This document shows, one piece after another, positions 10,726 through 20,853 of a stretch of DNA of 64,000 nt. The stretch comes from Acidimicrobiales bacterium (lineage in GTDB: Bacteria; Actinomycetota; Acidimicrobiia; Acidimicrobiales; CATQHL01). The stretch is from contig CAXXMX010000003.1 in the NCBI GenBank assembly GCA_963668565.2, forward strand, positions 8,932 through 72,931. Direction: 5' to 3'. Made by a program: the position numbers and the translations under genes. The first letter of the stretch is position 1. Each line of letters starts with the position of its first letter. Under the pieces are notes generated by a model. It had not been told where the DNA came from. It saw only the letters and a program-made list of their open reading frames with translations, and did no database searches.

Positions 10726-11600
10726 GGCCGCAGTCCCGCCACGCTCCGCAGGGCCACCAGTGCCTTCTCCCGGGTCGGGAGCCGGACACGCATGCTGAGC
10801 AGCCGCTCGGGATGGGCGACGATGCGGTGCAGCAGCCGCCGGTAGATGCCCGCCATTGCCGCTGTGCAGGCGCGGCTGCGATGGTCGAGATGGTCGAGCA
10901 GCACCAGCCCGCGCCCGAACCACGTCACCGCGTGCTCCCCGACGTGGCGCACCAGCGCTGCGACTCCTTCGGGCGGCGCCCACTCCCCGGGCCGGACCCC
11001 GAAGCGATCACGCTCCTCTGTGGGCAGGTAGATGCGCCCCATTGCGTGGTCCTCGCCGATGTCACGCAGCATGTTGGTGAGTTGCAACGCCACGCCGAGT
11101 TCGTCGGCCAACCGTGGCGCCAGTCCGGCGGCGTCGGGGTGGTCTCCGTGGCGGATGCCGAAGACCCCCAGTGACAGGCGGCCAACCGACCCCGCCACCA
11201 GGCGGCAGTAACGCACCGTGTCGTCCATCGTCTCGTACGTCACGCCCACCACGTCGTGCTGGCAGCCTTCGACGATCTCGTGCAGGACGTCCACGGGGAT
11301 CGGGTACCGGTTGGCGGCATCGGCGAGACCGACGAGAACCGGGTCGGTCGGGTCGGTGAGTTCGCCCGCCTCCAACGCGTCGATCGAGGCGTGAAGGTCT
11401 CCGAGCGCCTCGAGTTTGCGGTCCTGGGGCCAGTCGCCGTCGCCGACGTCGTCGATCCTTCGGGCCATGGCGTACAGAGCCGCCATCGCCCGGCGCTTGG
11501 GCGGCGGCAGCAGGCGGATGCCGTAGGCGAAGTTCCGGGCCTCGGCCCAGGTGATCTGCTCGCAGCGGCGGTACGCCGACTCTGCGGTGAGCGCGCTCAC
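10722..11600 (-). CDS. hpnD: Presqualene diphosphate synthase
   Basis: EARNFAYGIRLLP, RRIDDVGD, LQLTNMLRD. Confidence 0.92.
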   Translation of the reverse strand: MSALTAESAYRRCEQITWAEARNFAYGIRLLPPPKRRAMAALYAMARRIDDVGDGDWPQDRKLEALGDLHASIDALEAGELTDPTDPVLVGLADAANRYPIPVDVLHEIVEGCQHDVVGVTYETMDDTVRYCRLVAGSVGRLSLGVFGIRHGDHPDAAGLAPRLADELGVALQLTNMLRDIGEDHAMGRIYLPTEERDRFGVRPGEWAPPEGVAALVRHVGEHAVTWFGRGLVLLDHLDHRSRACTAAMAGIYRRLLHRIVAHPERLLSMRVRLPTREKALVALRSVAGLRP

Positions 11601-12559
11601 GGAACGCTCCGCCGGCGCAGTACGGCGCCGAGGTACAGCGGCACGAAGCGGCGCAGCAGCCGTACGGTGCCGGCGGAGCGGGTGGTGCTCAACACCTCGA
11701 ATCCTGCGGCCTCGACGGCGTCGAACCCGGCGAGTCCCCCCGCCACGAAGCCGGCGATGGCGAGCCGGGCGTATCCACGCAACGACCCCACGAGCGCCCT
11801 GCCACCCTCGAGCATCTCCCGGGCGCGGGCAGCTTCGAACGCCACGAGTGCTCGCAGCGACTCGCCGGCGATGGCGGCCGCCAGATCGGCAGGGGTGCAG
11901 CCGAAGCGTTCCATGTCATCGACCGGGAGGTAGACGCGACCTGCCGCGGCGTCCTCCGCCACGTCCTGGAGGTGCTCGAGCACCTGCAGCCCGCTGCAGG
12001 TGGCGTCGGAGGCGGCGATGCGATCCGGCGTGGACGCTTCGAAGACCGCCAGGACGAGATGACCGACCGGGTTCGCCGACAACTCGCAGTACGCCAGCAG
12101 CTCGCCCCAGTCGGCGTAGCTGCTCTTGGTCTGGTCGAGCCGGTTGGCCGCCAGCAGCCGGTCGAACGGGGTGCGCGAGATGTCGAAGTCACGCACCGTC
12201 GCGGCGAGACGGCGGAAGACCGGGTGTCGCGGGGATCCCGCATAGAGATCGTCGATCTGGCGCTCGAGCCAGTCCAGCGCCGCCGAGCGATCCCCCGGAT
12301 ACTCGTCACCGAGATTGTCGACCAGCCGGGCGTAGCCGTAGATCGCTTCGAGGTGGTGGCGCAGCCGGCGCGGCAACGCTCGCAGTGCCACCGGGAAATT
12401 CTCCCCGCCGGCCCTCGCCATGATGGCGTCGATGCCGACGAACCGCTCGATCGACTCGACCGAAGCCGCCGCGGCGGTGGGAACCGGCCGGCCGTCGGCC
12501 CCGGTCCGACCCGCCGTTGGTTCGATGGACACTGCATCCTCCACCCGTACGGACCCCAC
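11597..12559 (-). CDS. hpnC: Hydroxysqualene synthase (start uncertain)
   Basis: ENFPVA, YCELSANPVG, EHLQDVAED. Confidence 0.92.
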   Translation of the reverse strand: MGSVRVEDAVSIEPTAGRTGADGRPVPTAAAASVESIERFVGIDAIMARAGGENFPVALRALPRRLRHHLEAIYGYARLVDNLGDEYPGDRSAALDWLERQIDDLYAGSPRHPVFRRLAATVRDFDISRTPFDRLLAANRLDQTKSSYADWGELLAYCELSANPVGHLVLAVFEASTPDRIAASDATCSGLQVLEHLQDVAEDAAAGRVYLPVDDMERFGCTPADLAAAIAGESLRALVAFEAARAREMLEGGRALVGSLRGYARLAIAGFVAGGLAGFDAVEAAGFEVLSTTRSAGTVRLLRRFVPLYLGAVLRRRSVP

Positions 12560-12604
12560 CGGTCGGAGTTCGTTCCCACAACGGCGAGCACCCTACACAA
12601 TTCG

Positions 12605-12618
12605 TGACCGCTCGGTCC
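12605..12618. promoter_or_regulatory. TetR-type operator candidate upstream of hpnC
   Basis: Palindrome GACCG-ct-CGGTC just upstream of the hpn operon. Confidence 0.5.
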
Positions 12619-12747
12619 AAGTCTTGCAGTAGCGCTCCACCGTCACGCGGAGGCTATCCCGAGCGGTTCGATTGCGCCTCCGGAGACCGCTTCGGTGCCA
12701 CGTCGGCGGCGCGCCCGCGGCAGGCGGCGCTCGCTGGCCGACCGCCG

Positions 12748-13548
12748 CTAGCGCGACGTCTCGACGCCCGCGTCGCGCCCTCCCACCAGCGACCGGAACA
12801 CCTGCACGGTTGCGTCCAGGATCACCATTCCCGCGGTCGTGTGGCTCCCGGCCTCGCCGGGCAGCAGGATCTCCCCCATCTCGGCCGCCAGCAACCGGAA
12901 CGTGGCCCGCGCCTCACCCACATACTCGGGTTCGAACAGCATGGCCCTCTTGGCCAGTTCGAGCAGGAGCGGGAGACCCGGTCTCAACGCCTCGGCGCAG
13001 ATCTCCGCCGCGGCGTGCATTTCGAGCGGCCGGGGGAGTCCGGCGATGCCGCTGCGGAAGCGCTCCAGAATCTGCAGCACCACCCGCTCGGCGGCACGCA
13101 CGAAGACCTGGCTCTTGGAGTCGAAGTGGCGGTAGAAGGTTCCCTTGGCGACATCGGCGCCCGTACACAGGTCGGCGATGCTCACCTCTCCGTAGCTGTG
13201 CAGGCCGAACGCCTCGATCGCCACGTCGAGGATCCGCTCGGCCACAACCGACTCCTGTGGACCACCGCCGACCAGCGGTTCCGCCATGAGCCCGAGGCTG
13301 CGGTTGGCGAGGATCTCCGGCAGGACCTCGGCGATCTTCGACAGCGAGAGGCGCTGGCGCTGGCGGAGGCCGCGGATCACCCGCAGCGCGTCGACGTGCT
13401 CCGGGCCGTACAGGAAGCGCTTGGGCGCTATCCGCGTCGGCGTCGGCAGCAGCCCCCTCCGCACGTAGTGGTGAACCGTCGATGCCGGCACGCCGGTCCG
13501 GTCCACCAGCTCAGCCATCGAGAAGCTGTCCGTACGCTGAGCGTCCAT
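12748..13548 (-). CDS. MerR-HTH plus TetR fusion transcriptional regulator
   Basis: SMAELVDRTGVPASTVHHYVRRGLL (MerR) followed by VSIADLCTGADVAKGTFYRHF (TetR). Confidence 0.88.
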   Translation of the reverse strand: MDAQRTDSFSMAELVDRTGVPASTVHHYVRRGLLPTPTRIAPKRFLYGPEHVDALRVIRGLRQRQRLSLSKIAEVLPEILANRSLGLMAEPLVGGGPQESVVAERILDVAIEAFGLHSYGEVSIADLCTGADVAKGTFYRHFDSKSQVFVRAAERVVLQILERFRSGIAGLPRPLEMHAAAEICAEALRPGLPLLLELAKRAMLFEPEYVGEARATFRLLAAEMGEILLPGEAGSHTTAGMVILDATVQVFRSLVGGRDAGVETSR

Positions 13549-13708
13549 CCTTTTCCTGCGTCGACGAGTGAGCCCGAGTGATCCGAACAGTATCCCTCCC
13601 GTTGCGGGATCACTCCGCGCCGGCCGCGAGAATGGCGCGCACACGGCGCTCCGTGCGAGGTTCCCTCGTGCCTGTGCCCATGACCCGTCCGGACTTGGAG
13701 GCGGATCC

Positions 13709-15046
13709 GTGAGTCCCCCCATACCACCGAACCCCGCGAGCGCCCGCCGGCAGTGGGATCGCGACATCTTCCGCCTGGCGATTCCCGCCTTCGGCGCGCT
13801 CGTGGCCGAGCCGCTGTACGTGCTCGTGGACACCGCGATCGTGGGTCACCTGGGCACGCCGCAACTCGCAGGTCTGGCGTTGGCCGGTCAGCTGCTGCTC
13901 AGCGTGTACGCCCTGTTCATCTTCCTGGCCTACGGGACCACGGCGGCGGTGGCGCGCCTGCTGGGCGCCGGTCGAGCCGCCGATGCCGCCCAATGGGGGG
14001 TGCAGGCCCTGTTGATGGCTCTGATCGCCGGCATCGCCGCCGGCGCCGTGCTGTACGGCCTCTCCGATCCGCTGCTGACGTTGCTGGGCGGCGAGGGTGA
14101 GGTGCTCGAGCAGGCCCGCATTTACCTGCACATCAGCCTCGCCGGCCTGCCTGCGCTGCTGATCATGCTGGCCGGCGTGGGCTACCTGCGGGGCGGGCTC
14201 GACATGGCTCGCCCCCTGAAGGTCGCGGCGCTGACGGCCGTCGGGAACCTGGTGCTCGAGGTGATCCTGGTCTACGGGCTGGGTTTCGGCATCGGAGCCT
14301 CGGCCCTCTCCACGGTGGTCGCCCAGTGGGTCGGCGCCGCGCTGTACGTGCGCTGGGTGCTGCAGGCGGCGCGCCCACACGTATCGAGCATGCGGCCCGA
14401 TCCAGCCGTCCTGCGCAGGCTGCTGGGAACCGGCGGCTCGCTGCTGGTCCGCACCGCCGCCCTGCAGGGAGCCTTCGTCATGGCCACCGCCGTGGCCGCC
14501 CGCACGGGTGTGGCCGACCTGGCGGCGCACCAGATCAACGCCCAGCTGTTCGGCTTCTCCGCTCTGGGACTCGATGCGCTCGCCATCGCCGCGCAGGGCA
14601 TGATCGGGATGATGCTCGGCGCCGGCGACGCTGCCGGCGCCCGCGGCGTCAGCCGGCGCGTCACGTGGTGGGGGCTGGTGGCCGGGCTGGCCGCGGCGCT
14701 CGTGGCGGTGGCGTTGCGCCCCGTGTTGCCGCAGCTGTTCAGCCCCGACCCGGCCGTGGTGACGCTGGCGGGGTTCCTGATGCTGCACCTGGCGCTGATG
14801 CTGCCGATCAACGGCGTGGTCTTCGCCCTCGACGGCGTGCTGATCGGTGCCGGTGACCTGCGCTACCTGGCACGTGCCATGCTCGCCGCGGCCGCGGTGT
14901 TCGTGCCCCTGGCCGTGGGGGTGCGGATCTCCGGGGCGGGGATCGGCTGGCTCTGGGGTGCGCTCGTGGTCTTCATGGTGGCGCGGCTCGCCGGCCTGAT
15001 GATCCGCTTCGTGGGGAGCCGCTGGCTCCGCCTCGGGGGACAGTGA
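13709..15046 (+). CDS. MATE family efflux transporter (DinF-like)
   Basis: LAIPAFGALVAEPLYVLVDTAIVGHLG; about 12 hydrophobic segments. Confidence 0.92.
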   Translation: MSPPIPPNPASARRQWDRDIFRLAIPAFGALVAEPLYVLVDTAIVGHLGTPQLAGLALAGQLLLSVYALFIFLAYGTTAAVARLLGAGRAADAAQWGVQALLMALIAGIAAGAVLYGLSDPLLTLLGGEGEVLEQARIYLHISLAGLPALLIMLAGVGYLRGGLDMARPLKVAALTAVGNLVLEVILVYGLGFGIGASALSTVVAQWVGAALYVRWVLQAARPHVSSMRPDPAVLRRLLGTGGSLLVRTAALQGAFVMATAVAARTGVADLAAHQINAQLFGFSALGLDALAIAAQGMIGMMLGAGDAAGARGVSRRVTWWGLVAGLAAALVAVALRPVLPQLFSPDPAVVTLAGFLMLHLALMLPINGVVFALDGVLIGAGDLRYLARAMLAAAAVFVPLAVGVRISGAGIGWLWGALVVFMVARLAGLMIRFVGSRWLRLGGQ

Positions 15047-15131
15047 GCCAAGGCCGCGCCGCCGGCGGTGCCGGGAGCCGCCGTCATCCCGGCGACGACG
15101 CGAGCGACGTCCTGCGGCTCGGTGGTACCGA

Positions 15132-16997
15132 TCAGTCGGCCGTACGCGTACCGCTGGGGGGGTCGTCGACGAAATGACGGGACTCGCCCGCAGTGTGGGC
15201 GAAGTCGTCGAGAGCAGGAATCGATTCGAGGTCGAGGCGGCCAATGTTCTGCATGATCAGGTCCGCCTCCCGGCGGTGGCCTGAGCGCTGAGCCGCGGTG
15301 ATTCGCCGCGCGAAGCACTGCTCGCAGCCCGGCGTGACGGCGAGTCCTCGAAGCGTTGCCCAACGGGCGACGTCGATCCGCCCCAGTTCCAGAGCCACGT
15401 CGGCGAGCCGGTGGGCCGTACTGTCCACGAGATACTCGACATGGCTGCGCCACGAGGCATCGGCCCAAGAGAACGTTCCGCCACTGCCACCGCTGAAGGG
15501 GGCGCCCCGCACCAGCCAGAGCGCGGCGCGCAGGCACTCGAGCGCCTGCTGCGGCGGCACCCGCTCGGCCAGCCGTTGCCACGCGGTGAACCGCTCCAGA
15601 TCGGTCGTGACCTTTGCAGACAGCCGGTAGACGCCCTCGGCACTAACACGGGAAAGGTACGGCTCACCGCGGGGATCCCGGCCAAGGCAGACGCGGGCTC
15701 GCGACACCACGTTGGCAAAGGCCTTGCGGCTCGGCACCCGCTCGCTGCGGCGCCACAGCCAATAGCAAAGCCGGTCGGAGGTCGCTCCGTCGCGGTGGAA
15801 GGCGAGGAAACAGGCCAGGTCCAGCGCCCGTTGCGACGTGAACGGCGACGACACCCCGACCGCTTGCACGACGCCCAGCACCTGCAACTCCACCGCACCG
15901 GCGGTCACATCGGTGACATCCGCGTACTGGCGGGCGTCGGGAGGTCCGCCCGTCCAGCCATAGCCGCCGATGCCCGGGCACGGGGTGGCCCGGAATGTCG
16001 AGCTGCCGTTTGCTTGAGCGGAGCCGGAGCGGTCACCCCACCCGGCCACGGATCTCGCCGGTGTCGCAGAGGGCGGTTGCAGGTCGTTGCGGGGCGATTC
16101 CGTCGGCAGCGGAGGGCAAGCCGAAGAATGGTCGAACTCCAGATCAACGCCGACGGGCTCCCAACGAAGCCGCCGCCCCTTGACCTCGAAGGCCCAGCCC
16201 TGGCCAACCGCCGGTCGGCCGGGACCGCGGGTTGCCGGGTCGTGCGCGACACCCGCTGTGATGACTGCCAGCCCGGGGCCGGCAAGCGCGCGCAGTCGTT
16301 CGCTCATCGCGGGATCTCGGGGGTGCGGATCGATGACCACCAGCGGAGGCGGGGTCCCACGCGACCCGCGCACGCGCAACTCCCCAAGCGCGGCGCGGCG
16401 TGCCTCGGTGCTGCGCACCCGCGCCCTGTGCACCTCCGCATCGGCCATGGCCTCGCTCTGGGATCTGACGATGCGGACCCTGTCGAGGTCGGCGAGTTGC
16501 GACCCGCTGTTCACACAGATGATCTGCGCACGTCCGCCGAAGTGATCGGCCACTATCTCCGCGGCCAGGGACTCGGTCAGCGCCAGCACATCCCCGGGCT
16601 CGCCGATCGCCTCGAACGTGCCGAACTCCTCGAGATTGCCCAACACGAGCGATCCGTCCGAGGGGAGGCGGCCCAACGACACCAGCAGCGACCACGGCAT
16701 CCCCCGGGCGGGCAGCACGTCGGGCGCGCCAAGAGCCGAACGATCGATCATCCAGGTCAGGCCGCCGTCGATGGCATCGAACCCCTCGGCCGGATCCAAC
16801 CGTGGCTCGCCCAGCAGCAGCCCGATGGACTTCGAGGAGACGGTGACGGCCACGACCCGAGGCAGAGGACGGCCCCGCAGCCGTTCCGGCATGCCGGCCA
16901 TGAGGTGCAGAAGTTCGCGGTTGAGTCCGTTCCGATCACCGGGGTCGCCGGAGTCAGACGTCCTCATCGGATCGGATGGTGCTGCGGCTCTTTGCAC
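15132..16997 (-). CDS. BTAD/SARP-like domain protein of the Tad locus
   Basis: VELQVLGVV, ALWLVRGAPF and ARWATLRGL motifs; GTG 16997 with AAGGAGG RBS. Confidence 0.7.
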   Translation of the reverse strand: MQRAAAPSDPMRTSDSGDPGDRNGLNRELLHLMAGMPERLRGRPLPRVVAVTVSSKSIGLLLGEPRLDPAEGFDAIDGGLTWMIDRSALGAPDVLPARGMPWSLLVSLGRLPSDGSLVLGNLEEFGTFEAIGEPGDVLALTESLAAEIVADHFGGRAQIICVNSGSQLADLDRVRIVRSQSEAMADAEVHRARVRSTEARRAALGELRVRGSRGTPPPLVVIDPHPRDPAMSERLRALAGPGLAVITAGVAHDPATRGPGRPAVGQGWAFEVKGRRLRWEPVGVDLEFDHSSACPPLPTESPRNDLQPPSATPARSVAGWGDRSGSAQANGSSTFRATPCPGIGGYGWTGGPPDARQYADVTDVTAGAVELQVLGVVQAVGVSSPFTSQRALDLACFLAFHRDGATSDRLCYWLWRRSERVPSRKAFANVVSRARVCLGRDPRGEPYLSRVSAEGVYRLSAKVTTDLERFTAWQRLAERVPPQQALECLRAALWLVRGAPFSGGSGGTFSWADASWRSHVEYLVDSTAHRLADVALELGRIDVARWATLRGLAVTPGCEQCFARRITAAQRSGHRREADLIMQNIGRLDLESIPALDDFAHTAGESRHFVDDPPSGTRTAD

Positions 16998-17055
16998 CTT
17001 CGGTCCTCCTTCCCCCTGGCCGGCTGCGCTGGAGCCTTGCTCGAAGCGGGTGACG

Positions 17056-18159
17056 CTACCCGGAGCCGGGCCGGGACGGGGCGCGAGCAGCAAGTGGGGG
17101 GAGGCGTAGCCGCCAACCCGGATGTATGAGGTTCGGGTCGCGGAGAGTGCCGCCCCCGGGCAGCGGTCCGGTGTTCAGGTCGTAGATGTCCTCCCAAAGC
17201 AGGGCGTCGCCCAAGTGCTTCTCAGCCAGGAGCCACAGCGAGTCACCGGGTTGCACCACGACCCACCCGGACGGCTCGATCTCCTCCGCCGCCATTCCCG
17301 ACTCCGGCAGCGCCGCGGGAGCCGGCTCGGCGGCAGTGACTTCTGCAGGAGGCGGATGCTGCAGTGGCGATAACGCGGGAGGGGTGCTGAGCGTCGGCGC
17401 CCCGACATCGAACATCGAAGACGGTGCCACCGGCGGAGACCCCACGTCCAGCGGAACGGCCAACGTCGCCGCTGTCTCCGGGGGCGCCAGGATCGGTGCG
17501 GTTGACTCGGAGGTGGCTACCGGCGCCGACGCAATGGAAGGCATCGCCGACAGGCCCGTCGGCGGCGCCAGGATCGGTGCGGACGCCGCTGGCGGCGCCG
17601 GCGTCTCGGGCGAGGTGGACAGCGCAGCAGCGGAAGGCCGCGCGGCGAGCGGTGACGATCCCATTGCACCACCGGTGGAGGACACCGGAGAGGACTCTCC
17701 GGCCCCTCCGCCCACCGACTCTCCGGAGGTCAGCGTGACCGAGATCCCGGCGAAGGACGGCGTCGCGGCGAGAACCGGCTGGGTGAGCAGCCCGAGAGTG
17801 CCCGCCGCGGCCACCACGATCGCCACGAGCCGCACCATGAGCGGCTGCATGCCGCAGGCGCTCAGAGGCAGCGGCTGGGCCGTCCGCCCCCGGCAGGCGG
17901 CCACGGCCTCGGCGGCGAACGAGAGGGCGACCTGTGACCACCAGATCCAAACGACGACCGCCACGACCCGTATCGCGACGCCAGGCGGGAGGACACCGCT
18001 CTCGACCGCCGCCACGACCGACGACCATGCCGGCAGCGCCGATGGCAGCGGGTTGCCGAGGAGTCTTACCAGGCACAGTGGCACCCCAATAAGGAACGTT
18101 CCGAGCGCCGCACAGACCGCGACACCCGACAGCACCGCACGTAACTTGCTTCCGTTCAT
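17056..18159 (-). CDS. Membrane-anchored LysM-domain protein
   Basis: N-terminal TM helices, Pro/Ala/Ser linker, VVQPGDSLWLLAEKHLG...DPNLIHPGWRLRLP. Confidence 0.85.
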   Translation of the reverse strand: MNGSKLRAVLSGVAVCAALGTFLIGVPLCLVRLLGNPLPSALPAWSSVVAAVESGVLPPGVAIRVVAVVVWIWWSQVALSFAAEAVAACRGRTAQPLPLSACGMQPLMVRLVAIVVAAAGTLGLLTQPVLAATPSFAGISVTLTSGESVGGGAGESSPVSSTGGAMGSSPLAARPSAAALSTSPETPAPPAASAPILAPPTGLSAMPSIASAPVATSESTAPILAPPETAATLAVPLDVGSPPVAPSSMFDVGAPTLSTPPALSPLQHPPPAEVTAAEPAPAALPESGMAAEEIEPSGWVVVQPGDSLWLLAEKHLGDALLWEDIYDLNTGPLPGGGTLRDPNLIHPGWRLRLPPLAARAPSRPGSG

Positions 18160-18235
18160 GTTTACCTCGCTTTTCGCTGTCTCGACTCGCTGGCCGGCCC
18201 GACCGGCAACACCCGCCGCGGCGGAAGCCGTTCAG

Positions 18236-18763
18236 TCATCTCCGGGCGGAACTGACACCCCACGTGGCGCGCGCCTCCTCGGAGGCGCTCACGGTCACGT
18301 ACCGATCGCCCAGCCCCAGCACGCGCACAGCGACGTCTCTGCTGATGCGCACCGAGGCCCGGTCGCCCCGAACGGTGACGTCCGCGTCCAAGCCTGAGCG
18401 AGCGGCGACAGCCCGCGCTGCGGTGACTGCGGCGGAGGAATCCAGGCGGATCGTTCCGGTGGACCGGTAGATCGTCACGTCGACCTCCTGGACCGCAGCG
18501 CGGGCGGCCTGCCGGGCAAGGTCCGACAGAGCGCGCCGCTGGCCCCTTAGTTCCGCGGAGTCCACCACGATGCCCACGGTGAGCAGGAACGCCACGAAAA
18601 GGACCGCCACGAACAGGCTGATCACGCCCGCATCGGTCGGGTCGGCGTCGCGCTGCGAGCGCCAGGGACGACGCCCTCCGTCGAGGCCGGAGTGCGGCAC
18701 AGGCAAGCCACCCCTGGTGGTGCCGTCGCCACCGCTGCTTCGGAGCCATCGCTCGCGGCCCAT
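18236..18763 (-). CDS. TadE/TadG-like pseudopilin
   Basis: DAG followed by hydrophobic helix, VVD...ARQAARAA; in the Tad operon. Confidence 0.7.
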   Translation of the reverse strand: MGRERWLRSSGGDGTTRGGLPVPHSGLDGGRRPWRSQRDADPTDAGVISLFVAVLFVAFLLTVGIVVDSAELRGQRRALSDLARQAARAAVQEVDVTIYRSTGTIRLDSSAAVTAARAVAARSGLDADVTVRGDRASVRISRDVAVRVLGLGDRYVTVSASEEARATWGVSSARR

Positions 18764-19188
18764 CAGGTTCCGCCCCGGCGCCGGTCCACGACCTCCGTCC
18801 CGGTCGCATCCAGCGTCACCGACCCCGGCATTCGCAGGAGCGTGAGATCCTCGAGCCGCGTAACGCAGCGGATCGTCACCGACACCGACCCGCCGGGGCG
18901 GAGAGCCCCCACATCGGTCCGCACCTCGAGTTCAGAGCACCGGACCTGGCGCCGACCCAGCGTCGCCAGCACCACCCGCTCAGCTGCGTCGGCTGCGTCC
19001 GACGGGTACTGGCGCAGCGAGGCCGCTCGGGCCGCCTCCGCGGCGGCGTCACCCATCTCGCCGCGCGTCTGGCCCAGCCGCCACGCCGCCGCCACGAGCA
19101 TGAGCGCCCCGAGCACGCCGACGACGACCAGCACGAACTCCAGCGACAGCACCCCTCGGCGGTCGCTCGACAACTCCGACGCTCTCAA
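18763..19188 (-). CDS. TadE-like pseudopilin
   Basis: RGVLSLEFVL prepilin site; AAAEAARAAS. Confidence 0.8.
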   Translation of the reverse strand: MRASELSSDRRGVLSLEFVLVVVGVLGALMLVAAAWRLGQTRGEMGDAAAEAARAASLRQYPSDAADAAERVVLATLGRRQVRCSELEVRTDVGALRPGGSVSVTIRCVTRLEDLTLLRMPGSVTLDATGTEVVDRRRGGT

Positions 19189-19577
19189 CGCCGACCCTCC
19201 GGGATGAATCGCTCGACGGGTCCCTGCACACGATGACTCACTGCGGTTGGAAGCCCGGGCACGATCCGGGGAGCGCTGGCCGAGACGGCGACCGTCACCT
19301 CGCCGTCCCGGATCACGACGTCGGTGGACAGGTCGCGGACGAGCCGCTCATCGCCCACGACGGTTTTCGCCACAGCCGGCGCCGAAACTGGCGAGCCTCC
19401 GGCCACCTGGACAGCCTCGAGTACCGAGTCGGCGGCGTCGGCCACCGCCAGGGAGGCATTGAAGACCAGGCCGAAGTGGATCACGCTCATCACAAGCGCC
19501 AGCAGGACGCCGTACAGCAGCACGAACTCGGTGGTCACTACGCCGCGGTCCTCGGTGCTCGCCCTTCTGCGGTTCAC
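19185..19577 (-). CDS. TadE-like pseudopilin
   Basis: RGVVTTEFVLL prepilin site. Confidence 0.8.
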   Translation of the reverse strand: MNRRRASTEDRGVVTTEFVLLYGVLLALVMSVIHFGLVFNASLAVADAADSVLEAVQVAGGSPVSAPAVAKTVVGDERLVRDLSTDVVIRDGEVTVAVSASAPRIVPGLPTAVSHRVQGPVERFIPEGRR

Positions 19578-19635
19578 CGACGGCTCGGGCAACGGTTGCA
19601 CGGGACTGCACGCGCGGCGGCCGCATCGAGCCCCC

Positions 19636-19878
19636 TTAGCCACCCAGGAAGTCGTCAGGGTCGGTCCCCACGTTGACGTTGGTCGGGATCTCATTGGCAA
19701 CCTCGGACGTGAGATTGCGAACCACGCTCACGACCACGATGGCCAGCGCGGCCACACCGGCGACCAGCAACGCCCACTCGGTCGTGGTGAGCCCCCGCTC
19801 GTCGTCGTGCAACCTCGCCCGGATACTCGAGGCAGTCGCCGTCAACCAGATCCAGCCTCGGATGGACATTTCTTGCAT
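19636..19878 (-). CDS. Flp-type pilin
   Basis: 80 aa; DERG/LTTTEWALL processing motif; AAGGAG RBS. Confidence 0.85.
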   Translation of the reverse strand: MQEMSIRGWIWLTATASSIRARLHDDERGLTTTEWALLVAGVAALAIVVVSVVRNLTSEVANEIPTNVNVGTDPDDFLGG

Positions 19879-19965
19879 GGGTTGCTCCTTCAGTTGTAGC
19901 CGTGTGTTTGAGGACTTCCCGGGCGCGCCTGGGCGTCCCGGACAGAGGACCGTGGCCGGCGCCGC

Positions 19966-20853
19966 TCACAGCATCTCCAGCAGCGAACTGAGGGCCGGGT
20001 AGCCGACGAACATCACGAATGCCATCGCCACAATGACCGTGGGGATCGACATGCGCTCGGTTGTCGCATCGGCCTTCATGCGGGTGTTCGCCAGTTCGAG
20101 CGCGCTCAGCATCTCGGCCTTGCAGGTCAGCGCATCGGAAGGGCTGGCGCCCTGTTCGGCCGTGAGCCGGATCGTGGCCGCCAACTCCTCCACGTCAGCC
20201 ACACCGATCTCGGCCGCGAGGCGCTGGAAACCCGCCGAGGGAGGCTTGCCGTTGACCCGGCTCCAGTCCATGGCCGCCTTCAGCTCGTCGAACGCCCAGC
20301 CGCTGCCGACCGCGGCAGCCTGGTACAGCGCCCCGTCGCTGTGGCTGCCGCCGGCCACCAGGATCTTCACGAGATCCATGTAGGCGCTGAGCGCCCGCAG
20401 GAACTCGTCCCTCCGCTCGGCGGCCTTCTTGCGCAGTGCACGATCGGCGCCGATGAACCCGCCGAGGACTCCTAGAGCGACGAGCACGAGGATGATCCAG
20501 ACCGGCGGCGCGAGCCCCACGCGGCGCGCGCCGTAACCCCCAACGGCCAGCACACCGCTCGCCGCCACTGCTCCCGACAGCTTGGCGAAGGCGTGTTGGG
20601 CGTGGCTACGGCCCACGATGCACAGATCGGTGGTGAGGGTGCCCAGGTCGAATCCGAGAGACTCGACGACCTGTAGGGCGCGCCGTTCCGCCTGGCCACG
20701 CCAGCCGGCAGGCCCCCACTCGTCCTCTCCGGGCGTCCGGCGCGGTTCGCGGTACTCGCTCAGCGCCCGCGCCAGCGGGATCGGCCGCCGCACCAGACCG
20801 CGACCCACCAGCCAGATACCGGTGCCGAGGAGGGCCCCTACCAATGCGGTCAT
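19966..20853 (-). CDS. tadC: Type II secretion F-domain protein, TadC-like
   Basis: TM segments and T2SSF pattern; follows tadB with ATGA overlap. Confidence 0.75.
   Translation of the reverse strand: MTALVGALLGTGIWLVGRGLVRRPIPLARALSEYREPRRTPGEDEWGPAGWRGQAERRALQVVESLGFDLGTLTTDLCIVGRSHAQHAFAKLSGAVAASGVLAVGGYGARRVGLAPPVWIILVLVALGVLGGFIGADRALRKKAAERRDEFLRALSAYMDLVKILVAGGSHSDGALYQAAAVGSGWAFDELKAAMDWSRVNGKPPSAGFQRLAAEIGVADVEELAATIRLTAEQGASPSDALTCKAEMLSALELANTRMKADATTERMSIPTVIVAMAFVMFVGYPALSSLLEML

Noticed and set aside
17056-17093. Frameshift joining the LysM and BTAD ORFs
   Set aside because: The downstream ORF has its own strong RBS and start at 16997; a fusion is not fully excluded without reads.
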